64,000 bases of DNA from Bdellovibrionales bacterium (GTDB lineage Bacteria > Bdellovibrionota > Bdellovibrionia > Bdellovibrionales > CAYMLA01), in NCBI GenBank assembly GCA_965217115.1, contig OZ244239.1, positions 1,536,001 to 1,600,000 of the forward strand, read 5' to 3'. Under the pieces are notes generated by a model. That model did no database searches, was not told where the DNA came from, and saw nothing but the letters and a program-made list of their open reading frames with translations. The translations under genes were made by a program, and so were the position numbers. Below are positions 10,660-20,355 of this stretch, one piece after another. How positions within the stretch are numbered: the first letter of the stretch is position 1; each line of letters opens with the position of its first letter.

Positions 10660-11289
10660 TTAAGGGGCATCAGGTTGATTGGCTGGGTGGGCTTTTTGAA
10701 AGGCTTCAAGCTCTTCACAATGGGTGTAAATATTTTTAATGATTGGCAGAGATGACATATTTACATTAAAACGATGTGCATTATAAACCTGTGGAATCAG
10801 ACAAGCGTCTGCAGCGGTGACCGTTCCTCCGAAACAGAAATTTCCAGCTGTATTTTGCAGGGTACTCTCTAAGGCCTTAAGACCCTTTTCAATCCAGTGA
10901 TGGGACCATTTGTTTGGATCGAGTTGATGTTCTCTCTGGATGAACTGCAAAAGAGAGAGGTTTTGTAGAGGTTGAAGTCCACTGTTGATGAGTTCACACA
11001 CCTGCCAAACACGAGCTTTATCTTTAGAGTTTTTAGGGAATAACTGGGGAAGAGAGTGCTTTTCATCGAGGTATTGCAATATAGCCAGAGACTGGCTCAG
11101 TTTAAAATCACCATCTACAAGAGTGGGGACTTGTTCCATGGGGTTGAGTTTTTTGTAGTTTTCAGAGTGTTGTTGCCCTCCATCTTGTACGAGGTGTACA
11201 GAGATGTTCTCAAAAGGTATTTCTTTTAAATGTAAAGCAATGCGAACTCTATAGGAGGCTGAACTGCGAAAGTACCCGTAAAGTTTCAT
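10660..11289 (-). CDS. maiA: Maleylacetoacetate isomerase (GST zeta)
   Basis: MKLYGYFRSSASYRVRIAL, QPLQNL and AHPANQPDAP; start taken at MKLY. Confidence 0.95.
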   Translation of the reverse strand: MKLYGYFRSSASYRVRIALHLKEIPFENISVHLVQDGGQQHSENYKKLNPMEQVPTLVDGDFKLSQSLAILQYLDEKHSLPQLFPKNSKDKARVWQVCELINSGLQPLQNLSLLQFIQREHQLDPNKWSHHWIEKGLKALESTLQNTAGNFCFGGTVTAADACLIPQVYNAHRFNVNMSSLPIIKNIYTHCEELEAFQKAHPANQPDAP

Positions 11290-11572
11290 AGAGGCTCCAT
11301 TATTAAGAATCATATAGAGTATTTAGCAAAAAAATAGTGAAAAGTATATAGATTTTATAGTACCTATAAGGGCACTTGCAAAGAGGCTTCTTTAAAAGAG
11401 GCTTCTTTAAAACATGCTGAGTGCTTACATTAGAAGAGGGCAGAGAAGAAATATGATTTTGAGGGGTTTTGACTTTGCTTTAGAGGTGTGTGTAAGTTTA
11501 GTCGTGATTTAATCCGTAAATAATGATTTTTTATAGAGTGATCGTTTTTTTAAGATAAAGGAGATAGGAATA

Positions 11573-12556
11573 ATGAAATTAGGAACTTTAAAAACAAAGG
11601 GCTGTTTAGATGGAGAATTGGTGGTTGTGAGTCGTGATGGCCGTACGGCGATTAAAGCGCCTGATGTTGCGAGAAATATGCAGACAGTGATGGATAATTG
11701 GGATGAGATGTCGGCTCCATTGGAGAGACTCTATCAAGAGCTTAATGGGAAAAAATTGGATGGGGCATTTGAAGTGGATCAGACAAAGTTTCACTCTCCT
11801 TTGCCGAGGGCGTATCAATTTGCAGATGGTTCGGCTTTTATCCACCATATTCGTTTGGTTAGGATGGCTCGTAATGCTCCTATGCCTGAAAAGTTAGAAA
11901 CGGTGCCGTTAATGTATCAGGGTTTAAGCGATGGTTTTCTTGGGCCATATGATGATATTCCTCAGATAGCGATGGAGCATGGGACAGATTTTGAAGGAGA
12001 GGTGGGGATTATTACTGATTTTGTCCCTATGGGAACGAAAGCTTCTGATGCGATTCAATACATACGCTTACTTGTTTTAATTAATGATGTTTCTCTGCGT
12101 GGTTTAATCCCAGAAGAGTTGAAGACAGGATTTGGTTTTTTTCAGAGTAAACCAGCATCATCATTTTCCCCCTTTGCAGTGACTCCTGATGAGTTGGGAG
12201 ATGCGTGGAAAAAAGGCCGAGTGCATTTACCTCTTCTTGTTGATTATAATGGAGATTTTTTTGGAAATGCTGATGCTGGACACATGCACTTTGACTTTGG
12301 GCAACTGGTTGAGCATGCAGCCAAGACACGGGATTTATCTGCTGGAACAATTATTGGTAGTGGCACTGTCTCGAACGAAGATATGTCTAGAGGTAGCTCT
12401 TGTTTAGCTGAAAAAAGAATGTTGGAAAAAATCCATGACGGGGATTTCAAGACGTCTTTTATGAAGTCAGGAGATAGAGTTAAAATCCGTATGAAGAGCA
12501 CTGAAGGAGAGGATGTTTTTGGCACTATTGAGCAAAAAGTTGTGTCTAGTTTGTAA
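11573..12556 (+). CDS. Fumarylacetoacetate hydrolase family protein
   Basis: SPLPRAYQFADGSAF, DFEGE, NDVSLRGLIP and GFGFFQSKP; divergent from maiA. Confidence 0.92.
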   Translation: MKLGTLKTKGCLDGELVVVSRDGRTAIKAPDVARNMQTVMDNWDEMSAPLERLYQELNGKKLDGAFEVDQTKFHSPLPRAYQFADGSAFIHHIRLVRMARNAPMPEKLETVPLMYQGLSDGFLGPYDDIPQIAMEHGTDFEGEVGIITDFVPMGTKASDAIQYIRLLVLINDVSLRGLIPEELKTGFGFFQSKPASSFSPFAVTPDELGDAWKKGRVHLPLLVDYNGDFFGNADAGHMHFDFGQLVEHAAKTRDLSAGTIIGSGTVSNEDMSRGSSCLAEKRMLEKIHDGDFKTSFMKSGDRVKIRMKSTEGEDVFGTIEQKVVSSL

Positions 12557-15401
12557 AAATAAGTCGAATACTATCGAGCCTTGGTGTGGTTCTCTTTATG
12601 TGGGAGATAATGTCTTTAGCATTGTTTTTTTGATACTCGATATCTTCTGAAGTCACGTTTGGATTTACTTTTTCTAAGTAAATGATTCTCTGAATTTCTT
12701 GATCAAGGGATTTTTGAGTTGTTTCTTCTGACGATAGAACTTCTTGTTCAGCCCATTGGTTAATTTCTATGAGAGCTTCTCTTATAAGTGGTTCTATTAT
12801 GGGGCGGCTATTTTCAAGGTTTTCGGGTCTTTCCTGTTCTCGTAGTTCCTTGAGGAGATCGGGGTTTTCTTTATGGAGGGATTCCTGTATTTTTTCCCCG
12901 AGGTGATTGATTTGAAGTTCTTTTATTTTTGTCGGAAAATAGGTCTCAAGCTCTAGATATCTCGGTCCTAGGGGCTCAATAACGAAGGAGAGTTCTAACA
13001 AAAAGCCTTTTCCCTGTTGAGAATCGGACCACTGGCAAACACTGGCGGCACCTTCATTGCGGTCGAGAAGCATACTCAGGACTTCGTCAGTGATGGGATG
13101 GTCTTGGGTAAGAAAGACAATATCTTCTCTTTTCAGAGCGAGTTGGCGATCAAATGTGAAGAGTGTATTGTCGTGTTTTTTTAGACCAGGAAAATCTTCA
13201 ATGAACATAAGATCGCTGGGACGAATAAGAAGGGTCCCGTGTTCGTCAGGCTCTTCAAAATCAACTCCATAGTGAATAAAGAGATCCTTGAGGAGTAACT
13301 CTAAAGAGGGGTCGTCTTCCATGTCATCGACATGATCGAGTATTTTTTGTGCTGAGGTCTCATTAAAAGAATTCAGATCAATAAGTATATCAATACTTTC
13401 TTTGGTAAGTTTTTTCTGTTCTTTAGCAACTAATTTTGTTTCATTAATAAGTTCCTGTAGTGATTGGTTAAAGTCCTCCTTGTTTAAGGTCATAGAAATA
13501 ACATGGCAAAGTCGACTTTCAAATTGAATGAATATATCTCCTGCGCCATTCCATGATGATTCGAAGGAGTTGAGGCCTTGCTCGTACCATTTAAAGAGAA
13601 TGTGTTCAGGTGAATTAAGTATCCAAGGGAGGTGTATAAAAAGATCTCCTTTTTGTCCTATGCGATCGAGTCGGCCAATTCTCTGTTCAACAATGTCAGG
13701 GTGATTGGGGAGATCGAAGAGAATCATGTTTTGCACAAATTGAAAATTACGTCCTTCGCCACCGATTTCACTACAGATAAGGATTTGGGTGTTTTCTTTT
13801 TGTGCAAAGTTTGCGGCTTGAATATCTCTTTCTACAATTGAAAGGTCTTCATGGAAGATAGCAAAATTAATGGAAGTATTTTTGAGAAAACTTGCTATCT
13901 TTAAGACGGTTTTCTTTGTCGAGCAGAGAAGAAGGACTTGATCATTTTTATGAGTCTCAAGAAACGATTTTAACCAGGAGAGTTTGATGTCCATGGTATT
14001 TTGATTATGGGTAAAATGATAAAAAATTTCTTTTAGAGACCATTTGTCTTGAAGAGAAAACGGGGTGTCGAGCGATTTTTGTACTGGTTGGGGAATGGTG
14101 TGAGAGATGAGGTTTCTTTTTGAGAAGCCTTTAAGTCGTTGTCTTCTGTTGCGGAACAAAACTCTACCCGTGCCATGTCGGTCGATGAGGATGTTTAGCA
14201 GTTCTTCGGGATTGGTTTTATTGAGTGGTGCATCGATTATTTTTTGAATTTCGGAATCGTTGGCGAAAATATTTTTAAGTGCTTTGAGTTGAGATTGATT
14301 GAGATTATTTTCGTAGCATGATTTGGCGATTTTAGCTACTTTCCCCATCTGTTGAGCTTCATTTTTAAAATTTTCGAAATTAGAGAATCGAGAGGAATCA
14401 ACGATATTGAGAAGCCCAAACTGCGATTCTAAACCATGGAGTTGAGGAGTGGCGGTGAGTAGTAGAACTCCGAGGCTTGCTTGACTGAGTTTGTTAACAA
14501 GTGTCCATTCGGGAGAGGGGTCTTCTGATGACCAGTGGAGGTGGTGTGCTTCGTCGATGATGATAAGATCCCATTGTTCAGATAGAGATTGTTCAAAAGC
14601 GTCGGGTGTATTTAAGAGAAAATCAATAGAGCAGATGAATTTTTGATAATTTAAGAAAGGGTTTATTGAGTTTTGATTTTCTTCGCTATAGCGTTCTTCA
14701 TCAAAGACGGTGAAGAGTTCGTTAAAACGTCGAAACATTTCCGAGAGCCATTGGTGTTTAAGACTTTCGGGGGTGATGATGAGCACTCGATGGGCTCGAT
14801 CTGCAGCTTTTAGGGCGCTAAATACAAGTCCTGCTTCAATGGTTTTTCCTAATCCGACTTCATCGGCAAGAAGTACTCGTGGGCGTGGGTATTGTGAAAT
14901 TGTTTTAGCGACATAGAGTTGGTGTGGTAATGGGATGATCTTGGGACTGACGAGCCCCTGTGCGGGGGATTGTTTTGTTGAGCTGCGAATATTCCATGCA
15001 ATTTGACGAAAATCATAGGTTCGATGGTGGGTCCAAAGTCCAGCAAAAAACCGTTCGATGGTTCCAGGGTCTTGTGGCTGATGGCAAAGGTTAGTTTCAA
15101 TGAGTTTTTTTCCTTGGCCGTGGTAGGTGAGTAGCCCCTGTTGTTCTGTGATGGATTCCACGGTTATTTTAGTGGAGGGCTCTGTGTTTTGGTTCGTCTG
15201 AGCGGTGTCTCCAATGGAAAGCTGGAAGCGGTGTAGAGAATTACTATTTAGGGAGTAATGTCTTGAGTTTTTTGTTAAAGGAAAGTGAACTTCGAGGGAA
15301 TTTTGTCCAGGGTCAATATTGATGATAAGTCCAATGCCTAGCTGAGGCTCGGTGCGGGTAACGATTCTTTGATTGATTTTCCACGAGGTTTTTTTTGTCA
15401 T
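12546..15401 (-). CDS. rapA: RNA polymerase-associated SNF2 ATPase RapA
   Basis: PRVLLADEVGLGKTIEAG, HQWLSEMFRRFN, DEAHH, DRHGTGRVLFRN and EQRIGRLDRIGQ. Confidence 0.93.
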   Translation of the reverse strand: MTKKTSWKINQRIVTRTEPQLGIGLIINIDPGQNSLEVHFPLTKNSRHYSLNSNSLHRFQLSIGDTAQTNQNTEPSTKITVESITEQQGLLTYHGQGKKLIETNLCHQPQDPGTIERFFAGLWTHHRTYDFRQIAWNIRSSTKQSPAQGLVSPKIIPLPHQLYVAKTISQYPRPRVLLADEVGLGKTIEAGLVFSALKAADRAHRVLIITPESLKHQWLSEMFRRFNELFTVFDEERYSEENQNSINPFLNYQKFICSIDFLLNTPDAFEQSLSEQWDLIIIDEAHHLHWSSEDPSPEWTLVNKLSQASLGVLLLTATPQLHGLESQFGLLNIVDSSRFSNFENFKNEAQQMGKVAKIAKSCYENNLNQSQLKALKNIFANDSEIQKIIDAPLNKTNPEELLNILIDRHGTGRVLFRNRRQRLKGFSKRNLISHTIPQPVQKSLDTPFSLQDKWSLKEIFYHFTHNQNTMDIKLSWLKSFLETHKNDQVLLLCSTKKTVLKIASFLKNTSINFAIFHEDLSIVERDIQAANFAQKENTQILICSEIGGEGRNFQFVQNMILFDLPNHPDIVEQRIGRLDRIGQKGDLFIHLPWILNSPEHILFKWYEQGLNSFESSWNGAGDIFIQFESRLCHVISMTLNKEDFNQSLQELINETKLVAKEQKKLTKESIDILIDLNSFNETSAQKILDHVDDMEDDPSLELLLKDLFIHYGVDFEEPDEHGTLLIRPSDLMFIEDFPGLKKHDNTLFTFDRQLALKREDIVFLTQDHPITDEVLSMLLDRNEGAASVCQWSDSQQGKGFLLELSFVIEPLGPRYLELETYFPTKIKELQINHLGEKIQESLHKENPDLLKELREQERPENLENSRPIIEPLIREALIEINQWAEQEVLSSEETTQKSLDQEIQRIIYLEKVNPNVTSEDIEYQKNNAKDIISHIKRTTPRLDSIRLIFTN

Positions 15402-15523
15402 GACGTTAGATAATATGCCTGAAAATGGCGGGGAGGTATAGCAGGCTTTTGAAGATCACCTTCTATAATGTGTTGTGTTTTTTTAAATCTTATTTTAGAT
15501 TGAGGCACTGTTTTTGTTCAAAT

Positions 15524-15613
15524 GGAGAGGTGGCCGAGTGGTTGAAGGCGCACGCCTGGAACGCGTGTGTACTGGAAACAGTACCCAGAGTTCGAATCTC
15601 TGTCTCTCCGCCA
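15524..15613 (+). tRNA. tRNA-Ser(GGA)
   Basis: GGAGAGG/TCTCTCC acceptor stem, CACGC-CTGGAAC-GCGTG anticodon arm, long variable arm, GTTCGAATC, encoded CCA. Confidence 0.97.
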
Positions 15614-15834
15614 TTTTAAGTAAACATCTAGAATAACTAGTGTTTAGCCTGTATGAAAGTCCTCTTTCCCCTGTTTTTGAGGAAAAACCCATCAAGTATA
15701 ATTTGTTGCCCTTTCTTCTAGAGTTAATAATATTTTAGGGTTACTATTTAGAAGCAAGAGAATATGGCGGAATTAATTTGTGATTTCATAGGTTTAGTCG
15801 TACCTTGTATCATAAGAATGGCAGGTAAAATTAT

Positions 15835-16521
15835 ATGCTCACAACACGTTTAAAAACTCATCGCTCTCTGCTTTCGTCGCAAAGTGGATTGAGTCTGACT
15901 AAACTCCTTCTTGTTCTGGCTGTGTTGTCCGTGCTTTTTTCTGGGTCAAAGAAAGTTTTTTTACCTACTGCATCCGAAGTTGATAAGCATGCAGCTCTTT
16001 TAAAAGACTTAGTTCAGTCTTTGATCATAAATGAAAAAGCATGGGAGAACACCTTAAAATCTAATATTGAGATGGCTTGTTTGCAAAGTGGAGTCGAGTG
16101 CTCCAGAATTATTTCTTTCGGCACTGAGTTTATTTTAAAAGATGAAAAAAACAGGGCGGTCAATGGCCCAGGACAGGGATTTAAAGAAAATGGCACTCCC
16201 TGTACTGGTTATGTTGATGTGGGTTTTACAGGTAATGATGAGTGTCCTTTCTCCATGGATCTTGAGTTTAAGACGGCCCCTTGCTCAGGTGATTTTTGTG
16301 ATGACTACGATGTTATCATCGAAGGGTATATTGGATACAACCCAAAACGCCCTAACTTGTCTTATAGATCTGTAAGTCCAAATTTTTCTGTGCAAAGGGG
16401 TGGTAAAGGAGAGAGTAAAATGTTGAAAGAGTGCCTTTCAAAAGGCGAAGGGTATCTGTATAATATGTATTCAGGCGAGTGTCTGCAATTTGGAAATGGC
16501 AAGCCGCCAGAGAAAAATTGA
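15835..16521 (+). CDS. Pilin/pseudopilin-like protein
   Basis: SQSGLSLTKLLLVLAVL resembles a degenerate prepilin N-terminus; Cys-paired C-terminal domain. Confidence 0.55.
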   Translation: MLTTRLKTHRSLLSSQSGLSLTKLLLVLAVLSVLFSGSKKVFLPTASEVDKHAALLKDLVQSLIINEKAWENTLKSNIEMACLQSGVECSRIISFGTEFILKDEKNRAVNGPGQGFKENGTPCTGYVDVGFTGNDECPFSMDLEFKTAPCSGDFCDDYDVIIEGYIGYNPKRPNLSYRSVSPNFSVQRGGKGESKMLKECLSKGEGYLYNMYSGECLQFGNGKPPEKN

Positions 16522-16601
16522 AATGTTTAGAGAGAGTGGACTCTTCTCCAGTTAAGAGGAGGGTTTTTGTGGCGACATAGTGATTGCAAATAAGTGACTG
16601 C

Positions 16602-17024
16602 TTAAGCCGCTGAATTTAATTCCTTATGTTTTAAAATCCATTTATTAAGAACTTTTAGCGCGGCAGAAGGTTTTTGGGTGAAGGCTAAACGGTTGGGGTT
16701 GAAAAGGTCACCGACTAATTTGGCGCTGAAAGTAATTCTCTCTTGGGTTTCGGGGTGAATGATTAAGATTTCACAAATGCCGCAAAAACCTTCAGGAACA
16801 GGCTGTTCAAGGAGCATTCCTCCTGTAGAGATATTACGAGATTTATTAGAGTGGGAGCCATTGGGGCCAAACAGCTTAATGTCTAGTTGAAGCTCGTATC
16901 TCTCGCTTTGACGGCGATTCTTCGACTGGTCGAGGGACTGTTCAGTGTTGTCAGAGAATAAATCAGACAAGGTTAACTCGTCTCCGTGAAAGGAGCATTT
17001 GTCTGATTTTAGATGATTCCCCAT
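16602..17024 (-). CDS. PilZ domain protein
   Basis: RRQSER (RxxxR) and NISTGG (D/NxSxxG) c-di-GMP motifs. Confidence 0.88.
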   Translation of the reverse strand: MGNHLKSDKCSFHGDELTLSDLFSDNTEQSLDQSKNRRQSERYELQLDIKLFGPNGSHSNKSRNISTGGMLLEQPVPEGFCGICEILIIHPETQERITFSAKLVGDLFNPNRLAFTQKPSAALKVLNKWILKHKELNSAA

Positions 17025-17062
17025 TTACCCCCCCCTCTCTCTTCTTAGACACTTGCACATAG

Positions 17063-17090
17063 TTATCGGTAAAAAAGCGAAATAGCTTTA
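17063..17090 (-). promoter_or_regulatory. Putative sigma-28 (FliA) promoter of the PilZ gene
   Basis: Minus strand TAAA-N16-ACCGATAA about 40 nt upstream of the start. Confidence 0.6.
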
Positions 17091-17151
17091 AAAGAGTGAG
17101 ACAGCTGGGAGATGACTGGGAAATGACTGGGAGATTATGAATAAATATTAT

Positions 17152-17670
17152 TTAATTCTCTTTTTGAGAATTCCCTTCCCTGAGATTGGCAAAGAAGCTT
17201 CTAAGAAGGCGGGAAGACTCTGAGGCGAGAACTCCAGAGATAACTTCGGGGCTGTGATTGAGTTTTCCGTCCAGGCAAATTTCGTAGACACTGCCTATGG
17301 CCCCTGCTTTGGGGTCTTTGACAGCATAAACGACTCGTTCAATGCGTGAATTAACGATGGCGCCTGCGCACATGCAGCATGGCTCTAGAGTGACATACAG
17401 AGTGCAGTTGATAAGGCGCCATGATTTGAGTTTTTTGGAGGCTCCTTGGATGGCGGTGATTTCAGCGTGCTCTAAGGGGTTTTGACTGGATTCTCGAGTG
17501 TTGTGGGCTTGGGAGATGACTTGGCCGTCTTTGACAATAATAGCGCCAACGGGGACTTCTCCCTGGTTTGCGGCAATTTCTGCCAAATCGAGGGCTTTTT
17601 CCATCCATTTCCGGTGAGAGGAGACGTTTTCCATGGAATAGCTAGTATATGATGTTTGGAAAATAGGCAA
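17152..17670 (-). CDS. tadA: tRNA adenosine(34) deaminase
   Basis: GEVPVGA, HAE and TLEPCCMCAGA; true start may be a few codons downstream. Confidence 0.95.
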   Translation of the reverse strand: MPIFQTSYTSYSMENVSSHRKWMEKALDLAEIAANQGEVPVGAIIVKDGQVISQAHNTRESSQNPLEHAEITAIQGASKKLKSWRLINCTLYVTLEPCCMCAGAIVNSRIERVVYAVKDPKAGAIGSVYEICLDGKLNHSPEVISGVLASESSRLLRSFFANLREGNSQKEN

Positions 17671-17745
17671 ACATGGTTGTCATATTTACTTTATTTTGTT
17701 ATTTATTTCTGCTTGAAATATTTGCCGTGAAGGATGGTGATATAA

Positions 17746-17943
17746 ATGGCAATGGTAAAGGCGCGGGATTCAGAAAGTTTTGATCAGTTGTTTAGACGTT
17801 TTAAGAAGTTATGCGAGAAATCAGGAACTCTTTCAGAGGTGAAGAAACGCGAACATTATGAAAAACCAGGAGTTAAGGCGAAGAAGAAATCAATCGCTGC
17901 AAGAAAGCGACTTGTGAAGAAAGGTCGCGGTGATAGAAGATAA
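17746..17943 (+). CDS. rpsU: 30S ribosomal protein S21
   Basis: [13 protein letters not shown] motif; head of the macromolecular synthesis operon. Confidence 0.96.
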   Translation: MAMVKARDSESFDQLFRRFKKLCEKSGTLSEVKKREHYEKPGVKAKKKSIAARKRLVKKGRGDRR

Positions 17944-17973
17944 CAACAAAAATAAATAAGGTGTTATTGTTAG

Positions 17974-18420
17974 ATGAAAGTTAGAGAGACGATCATGGCT
18001 GACATTAAGTCAGCTATGAAAAACAAAGAAGCAGAGAGATTGTCTGCGCTAAGATTATTGAGTTCTGCGATCAAGAACAAAGAGATCGAAAATCGCCCGA
18101 AAGAACTTACTGATAATGATGTTATCTCTGTGATTAAGAAATCGATAAAGCAGAGAAAAGATTCTATTGAGCAATACGGCAAGGCAAATCGTCAAGACTT
18201 GGTGGACAAGGAAAAAACGGAGTTGCTTGTTTTAGAGGTATATTTGCCTGAGCAGATGAGTAAAGAACAAGTTGTGTTGATCGTGGAAGAAGTGATTGCA
18301 TCCACAGGTGCTCAGACCATGAAAGATATGGGCAAGGTCATGGGGTTGGTTTCCAAGAAAACTGAAGGCAATGCCGACAACAGCATAGTGAGCGAGCTGG
18401 TAAAGACTAGATTGCAGTAG
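17974..18420 (+). CDS. GatB/YqeY domain protein
   Basis: DIKSAMK, KQRKDSIEQY, YLPEQMS and MKDMGKVMG. Confidence 0.93.
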   Translation: MKVRETIMADIKSAMKNKEAERLSALRLLSSAIKNKEIENRPKELTDNDVISVIKKSIKQRKDSIEQYGKANRQDLVDKEKTELLVLEVYLPEQMSKEQVVLIVEEVIASTGAQTMKDMGKVMGLVSKKTEGNADNSIVSELVKTRLQ

Positions 18421-18457
18421 CTTGAGCCATTGTTGTAAAAGATATTTGGAGCATTGA

Positions 18458-20305
18458 TTGCGTTTTTCTTCAGAATTCATTGATAAGGTTTTAGAGGCAA
18501 CAGATATTTACGATCTGATCTCTCAATACACTTCCTTTAAAAAATCATCAGGTCATCGTCATACAGGGCTTTGTCCGTTTCCTGATCATAATGAAAAAAC
18601 TCCAAGTTTCTCTGTGGATGTTGGTAAGCAACTCTATTATTGTTTTGGCTGTAAGAAGGCGGGGAACGGATATAACTTTATTCAAGATTACATGGGTCTG
18701 TCTTTTCCTGAAGCGTTGGAATTTTTGAGTCGTCGTGCAGGAATATCGATGCCAGAGCCTGAGAGAAAAGGAAGGGAAGGTGGAGCTTCTTATGCTGATC
18801 GTAAAAAAAGTTTAATCAATTTGAATCGATTGGCAGAGACTTTTTATTTGGAGTCTTTTAATAAGTTAGAGAAGACCCATCCGGCGAGGGTGTATGCTCA
18901 GAAGAGGGGATTGTCGTCTGAGATCTGTGAGAGATTTAAAATTGGTTATGCTCCCGAAGAGTGGGAGGCGTTGGTGGGTTTTCTCGATACAAAAAAAGCG
19001 TCTCTGTCGTTAGCGGCGGAATTGGGGTTAGTGCGTAGGCGATCTGATGGTAAATCTGGTTGTTATGATATGCAGAGGGGGCGGTTGATTTTTCCTATTC
19101 TATCTACTTTGGGTGAACCCCTGGGGTTTGGTGGTAGAATCATAGGCGAGGGTGAGCCCAAGTATTTGAATAGTCCTGAGTCATTAGTTTTTAAAAAAGG
19201 AAAGCTGCTCTATGGCTTGAATGAAGCGGTGAGAGAAATTCGTAGCCAAGATCGTATTGTGATTGTTGAGGGCTATATGGATGCCATTGCCTTGCACAGT
19301 TCGGGAATCAAAGAAGTGGGAGCTGTTTTAGGGACGGCTTTGACGGAAGATCATGGGCGTTTAATTAAGCGTTATACAAAGAATGTGGTGTTACTTTTTG
19401 ATGGAGATCGGGCTGGATTGGCGGCGGCGGAGAAGAGTTTGCCTGTGTTGTTGACCTCGGGTTTGTTTCCTAAGGCTGTGTTTTTGCCAGATAAGATGGA
19501 TCCAGATGATTATCTTTGTCAACACGGGGAGGCATCCCTACGAGAGAAGTTAGATCGGGCCTCAGATTTGTTTAATTTGGTTGTCGATGGCTGGATGGAG
19601 TCTTATTCGGGGGCGGCTTCGGAAAAAGTAAAACTGGTACAGAAATTGACAGCCATTCTGCCCATGGGGAGCAATAAGAGTTTGATGGGACTTTACTTGG
19701 AGGATGTTTCCCAGAGGCTAGGGGTGTCTCTTCAGTGGTTGGTAGATGCGATTCGTCAAAATCGTGGAGATGAAAAAGGAACGGGGCTGAGGAGAGCTGT
19801 TGCGTCTGAGGAAGAAAAAATAGAAATTGATGGGTCAAATGAAGTTGAGCGAATAGACGTTTCAAAAGCTCCCGTGGAGCAGTTAAAACTGTTGCAGTTG
19901 GCCTGTAAGCGGGAGGAGCTTTTTGCCAGAGTAGAGGGAGAAGATATTTTAAAATATATGAGTCACGAGGGAGTTTTGAAGGTTTTTGAACGTTTGGTGG
20001 ATGCCTATAGACAGACCCCCGAAAAATTTGCTACATTTGGCGCCCTGCTATCCTCTTATGTCCTGGACCCAATGGAGCTGTTGAGTATGGATAAAAATGG
20101 GGAAGAGGTTGATTTAGGTGTGGATTTTCAAGAGTTTGAAGGGTGCGTTAAGAGGTTGAAGCAGAAGAGTTTTCAGGAACAAACATTGCAGTTAAAAAAC
20201 ATGGCCAAGAGTCAGAGCTTGGATGATGACCTCTTGGAGAAATTTATGAAGTTAAAGCGTAGCAAAATGGCTCTGGACAAGGAATCGAATAAGCGAGATG
20301 ATTGA
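18458..20305 (+). CDS. dnaG: DNA primase
   Basis: CPFPDHNEKTPSF..CFGC zinc finger, PKYLNSPES, VEGYMD and FDGDRAG. Confidence 0.98.
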   Translation: MRFSSEFIDKVLEATDIYDLISQYTSFKKSSGHRHTGLCPFPDHNEKTPSFSVDVGKQLYYCFGCKKAGNGYNFIQDYMGLSFPEALEFLSRRAGISMPEPERKGREGGASYADRKKSLINLNRLAETFYLESFNKLEKTHPARVYAQKRGLSSEICERFKIGYAPEEWEALVGFLDTKKASLSLAAELGLVRRRSDGKSGCYDMQRGRLIFPILSTLGEPLGFGGRIIGEGEPKYLNSPESLVFKKGKLLYGLNEAVREIRSQDRIVIVEGYMDAIALHSSGIKEVGAVLGTALTEDHGRLIKRYTKNVVLLFDGDRAGLAAAEKSLPVLLTSGLFPKAVFLPDKMDPDDYLCQHGEASLREKLDRASDLFNLVVDGWMESYSGAASEKVKLVQKLTAILPMGSNKSLMGLYLEDVSQRLGVSLQWLVDAIRQNRGDEKGTGLRRAVASEEEKIEIDGSNEVERIDVSKAPVEQLKLLQLACKREELFARVEGEDILKYMSHEGVLKVFERLVDAYRQTPEKFATFGALLSSYVLDPMELLSMDKNGEEVDLGVDFQEFEGCVKRLKQKSFQEQTLQLKNMAKSQSLDDDLLEKFMKLKRSKMALDKESNKRDD

Positions 20306-20355
20306 CGGAATTTCTTAGATTTATTAAAGTGATGATTAATTCTTAGAGAGGGTTC

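Noticed and set aside
11381..17136. Short tandem duplications (AAGAGGCTTCTTTAA x2 at 11381; CTGGGARATGA x3 near 17105)
   Set aside because: Likely replication slippage; no support for a function
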